NCBI GenBank assembly: GCA_963749075.1
Contig: CAVVLJ010000016.1
Coordinates: 768,001-832,000 of the forward strand
Length of the DNA: 64,000 nt
Reading direction: 5' to 3'
Source: an uncultured Pseudomonadota bacterium
GTDB lineage: Bacteria > Pseudomonadota > Alphaproteobacteria > JACZXZ01
The position numbers were made by a program, and so were the translations under genes. This document shows positions 62,262 to 64,000 of the stretch, in pieces (the first letter of the stretch is position 1; every line of letters starts with the position of its first letter). The notes below the pieces were generated by a model. The model searched no databases. It was not told the DNA's origin and saw nothing but the letters and a program-made list of their open reading frames with translations.

Positions 62262-63977
62262 ATGCCGCTCTCCCCGATCGAAGTCGAGCTCCTGCGCAAC
62301 GGCCTCGCCAGCATCTGCGACGAGATGTACCTCGCCATCATGAAGAGCGCCTACTCGACCAACATCAAGGAGCGCCACGACCACAGCGCCGCCATCTTCG
62401 ACCGCGAAGGGCGCGTCGTGGTGCAGGGCGAGAGCCTGCCGCTCCACCTCGCCTCCATGCTCGGGCTCGCCGAGGTGGTGATGCAGCGCTACGGCATCGA
62501 CGGCATCCGGCCGGGCGACATGTTCATCTCGAACGATCCCTTTGCCGGCCGCGGCTCGCACCTGCCCGACGTGGCGACGTTGGCACCCATCTTCCACGAC
62601 GGCCGCCTCGTGCTCTTCGTGAGCAACATAGCACACCACGCCGACATCGGCGGCATGGCGCCCGGCAGCATGGCCGGCGGCATGACCGAGATCTACCAGG
62701 AAGGCCTGCGCATTCCGCCCATCCGCCTCGTCGAGCAAGGCGAGATCGACGAGGAGGTCATGGAGCTCATCCTCCTCAACGTGCGCGTGCCGCGCGAGCG
62801 GCGCGGCGACTACATGGCCCAGATCGCCGGCAACCGCCTGGGCGTGCGCCGGCTCGAGGCGCTCATCGCGCGCTGGGGTGCGGCCCGGGTGGAGGAGGGC
62901 GCACAGGCCATCATCGCCGCCGTGGCGCGGCGGATGCGCGCGGGCATCGCGGCGCTGCCCGACGGCGAGTACCACTTCTCCGACCTCCTCGACGACGACG
63001 GCATGGGGACCTCCGACATCCCGGTCGTGGTGCACATCACGATCAAGGGCGAGGAGGCCTGGTTCGACTTCGCGGGCTCGGGACCCCAGGTGCGCGGCAA
63101 CATGAACAACAGCTTCGCCGGGCTTCAGGCGGCCGTGCTCTATTCGCTCAAGGTGCTGGTCGATCCCGAGGGGCCAACCAATCACGGCATGCTCGATCCG
63201 GTGCGCATCAAGGCGCCGGAGGCGAGCGTCGTCAATGCCGCCTTCCCGTCGGCGACCGCGGCGCGCGCCCAGACCTGCCAGCGCGTCGTCGATGCCATCC
63301 TGGGTGCCTTGGCGCCCGCCGTGCCCGAGCGCGTGATCGCGGCGAGCAACGGGGCCAACGGCGTCGCCAGCTTCTCGGGCACCGGTGCCGACGGCAAGTA
63401 CTACGTCTATATGGAGACCATCGGCGGCGGCGCAGGTGCCCGCGCCTACAAGGACGGCACCGACGGCGTCCAGGTCCACATGACCAACACCTCGAACCTG
63501 CCCATCGAGGCGCTCGAGAAGGAGTACCCGCTCTTGATCGAGCGCTACGAGCTCGTCGAGAATTCGGGCGGTGCGGGGCGCTGGCGCGGCGGGCTCGGCC
63601 TGCGCCGCGTCTATCGAGGGCTCGGTCACAGGACCACCTTCAGCGGCCAGGGCGAGCGCTCGGTGCATCCGCCGTGGGGCCTTTTCGGGGGGCACGCGGG
63701 CGGCACCGGCAAGATCGAGATCCTGCACGACAGCGGCCGGCACCAGCGCCTCGCCAACAAGCCCGCCTCGATCGAGGTGCCGGAGAGCGCGGTGGTGGTG
63801 ATCGAGACGCCGGGTGCCGGCGGCTACGGTCCGCCCGCCGGGCGCGACCCGGCTCTCGTGGCCGACGACATCGCGAGCGGCAAGTTCTCGCGCCCCTACA
63901 TGCGCAAGCACTACGGCAAGTCGGCGCCGCCGACGAAGCGCACAAAGAAGTCCACGCCGCCACGCGCAGCGGAGTGA
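62262..63977 (+). CDS. Hydantoinase B / 5-oxoprolinase C-terminal subunit
   Basis: AYSTNIKER, NDPF...HLPD, HHADIGG, EG.RIPP, TPGAGGYG. Confidence 0.93.
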   Translation: MPLSPIEVELLRNGLASICDEMYLAIMKSAYSTNIKERHDHSAAIFDREGRVVVQGESLPLHLASMLGLAEVVMQRYGIDGIRPGDMFISNDPFAGRGSHLPDVATLAPIFHDGRLVLFVSNIAHHADIGGMAPGSMAGGMTEIYQEGLRIPPIRLVEQGEIDEEVMELILLNVRVPRERRGDYMAQIAGNRLGVRRLEALIARWGAARVEEGAQAIIAAVARRMRAGIAALPDGEYHFSDLLDDDGMGTSDIPVVVHITIKGEEAWFDFAGSGPQVRGNMNNSFAGLQAAVLYSLKVLVDPEGPTNHGMLDPVRIKAPEASVVNAAFPSATAARAQTCQRVVDAILGALAPAVPERVIAASNGANGVASFSGTGADGKYYVYMETIGGGAGARAYKDGTDGVQVHMTNTSNLPIEALEKEYPLLIERYELVENSGGAGRWRGGLGLRRVYRGLGHRTTFSGQGERSVHPPWGLFGGHAGGTGKIEILHDSGRHQRLANKPASIEVPESAVVVIETPGAGGYGPPAGRDPALVADDIASGKFSRPYMRKHYGKSAPPTKRTKKSTPPRAAE

Positions 63978-64000
63978 GAGATTAGAGCATGCCCCGATCC

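Overview
High-GC (about 68-70% by eye) bacterial chromosomal DNA, most consistent with an alphaproteobacterium (hpnIJL, HspQ, MCE operon, alphaproteobacterial-style palindromic repeats). It is mostly nutrient-scavenging genes: several ABC importers, pstSCAB with Pho boxes, two gamma-glutamyltransferase-family genes, dgcN-dgcA, a partial hut cluster, hopanoid tailoring genes, a GntR/GlpD-like catabolic locus and a hydantoinase/oxoprolinase pair. Accessory elements are an inverted-repeat-bounded islet with a TPR pseudogene and a duplicated ggt 5' end (3.3-5.6 kb), MNT-HEPN and VapBC modules, a nested MITE-like insertion with a 10-bp target duplication (10.9-11.15 kb) and a tRNA-Val-linked methyltransferase islet. 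The oddest signals are compositional: a ~330-bp tract with no TC or CC dinucleotide on one strand, and several TCG>TTG changes in conserved protein motifs. These may be cytosine-deamination footprints or sequencing artefacts, and only raw reads can decide. No CRISPR array, integrase or transposase was found. All calls come from motif recognition by eye, with no database searches.
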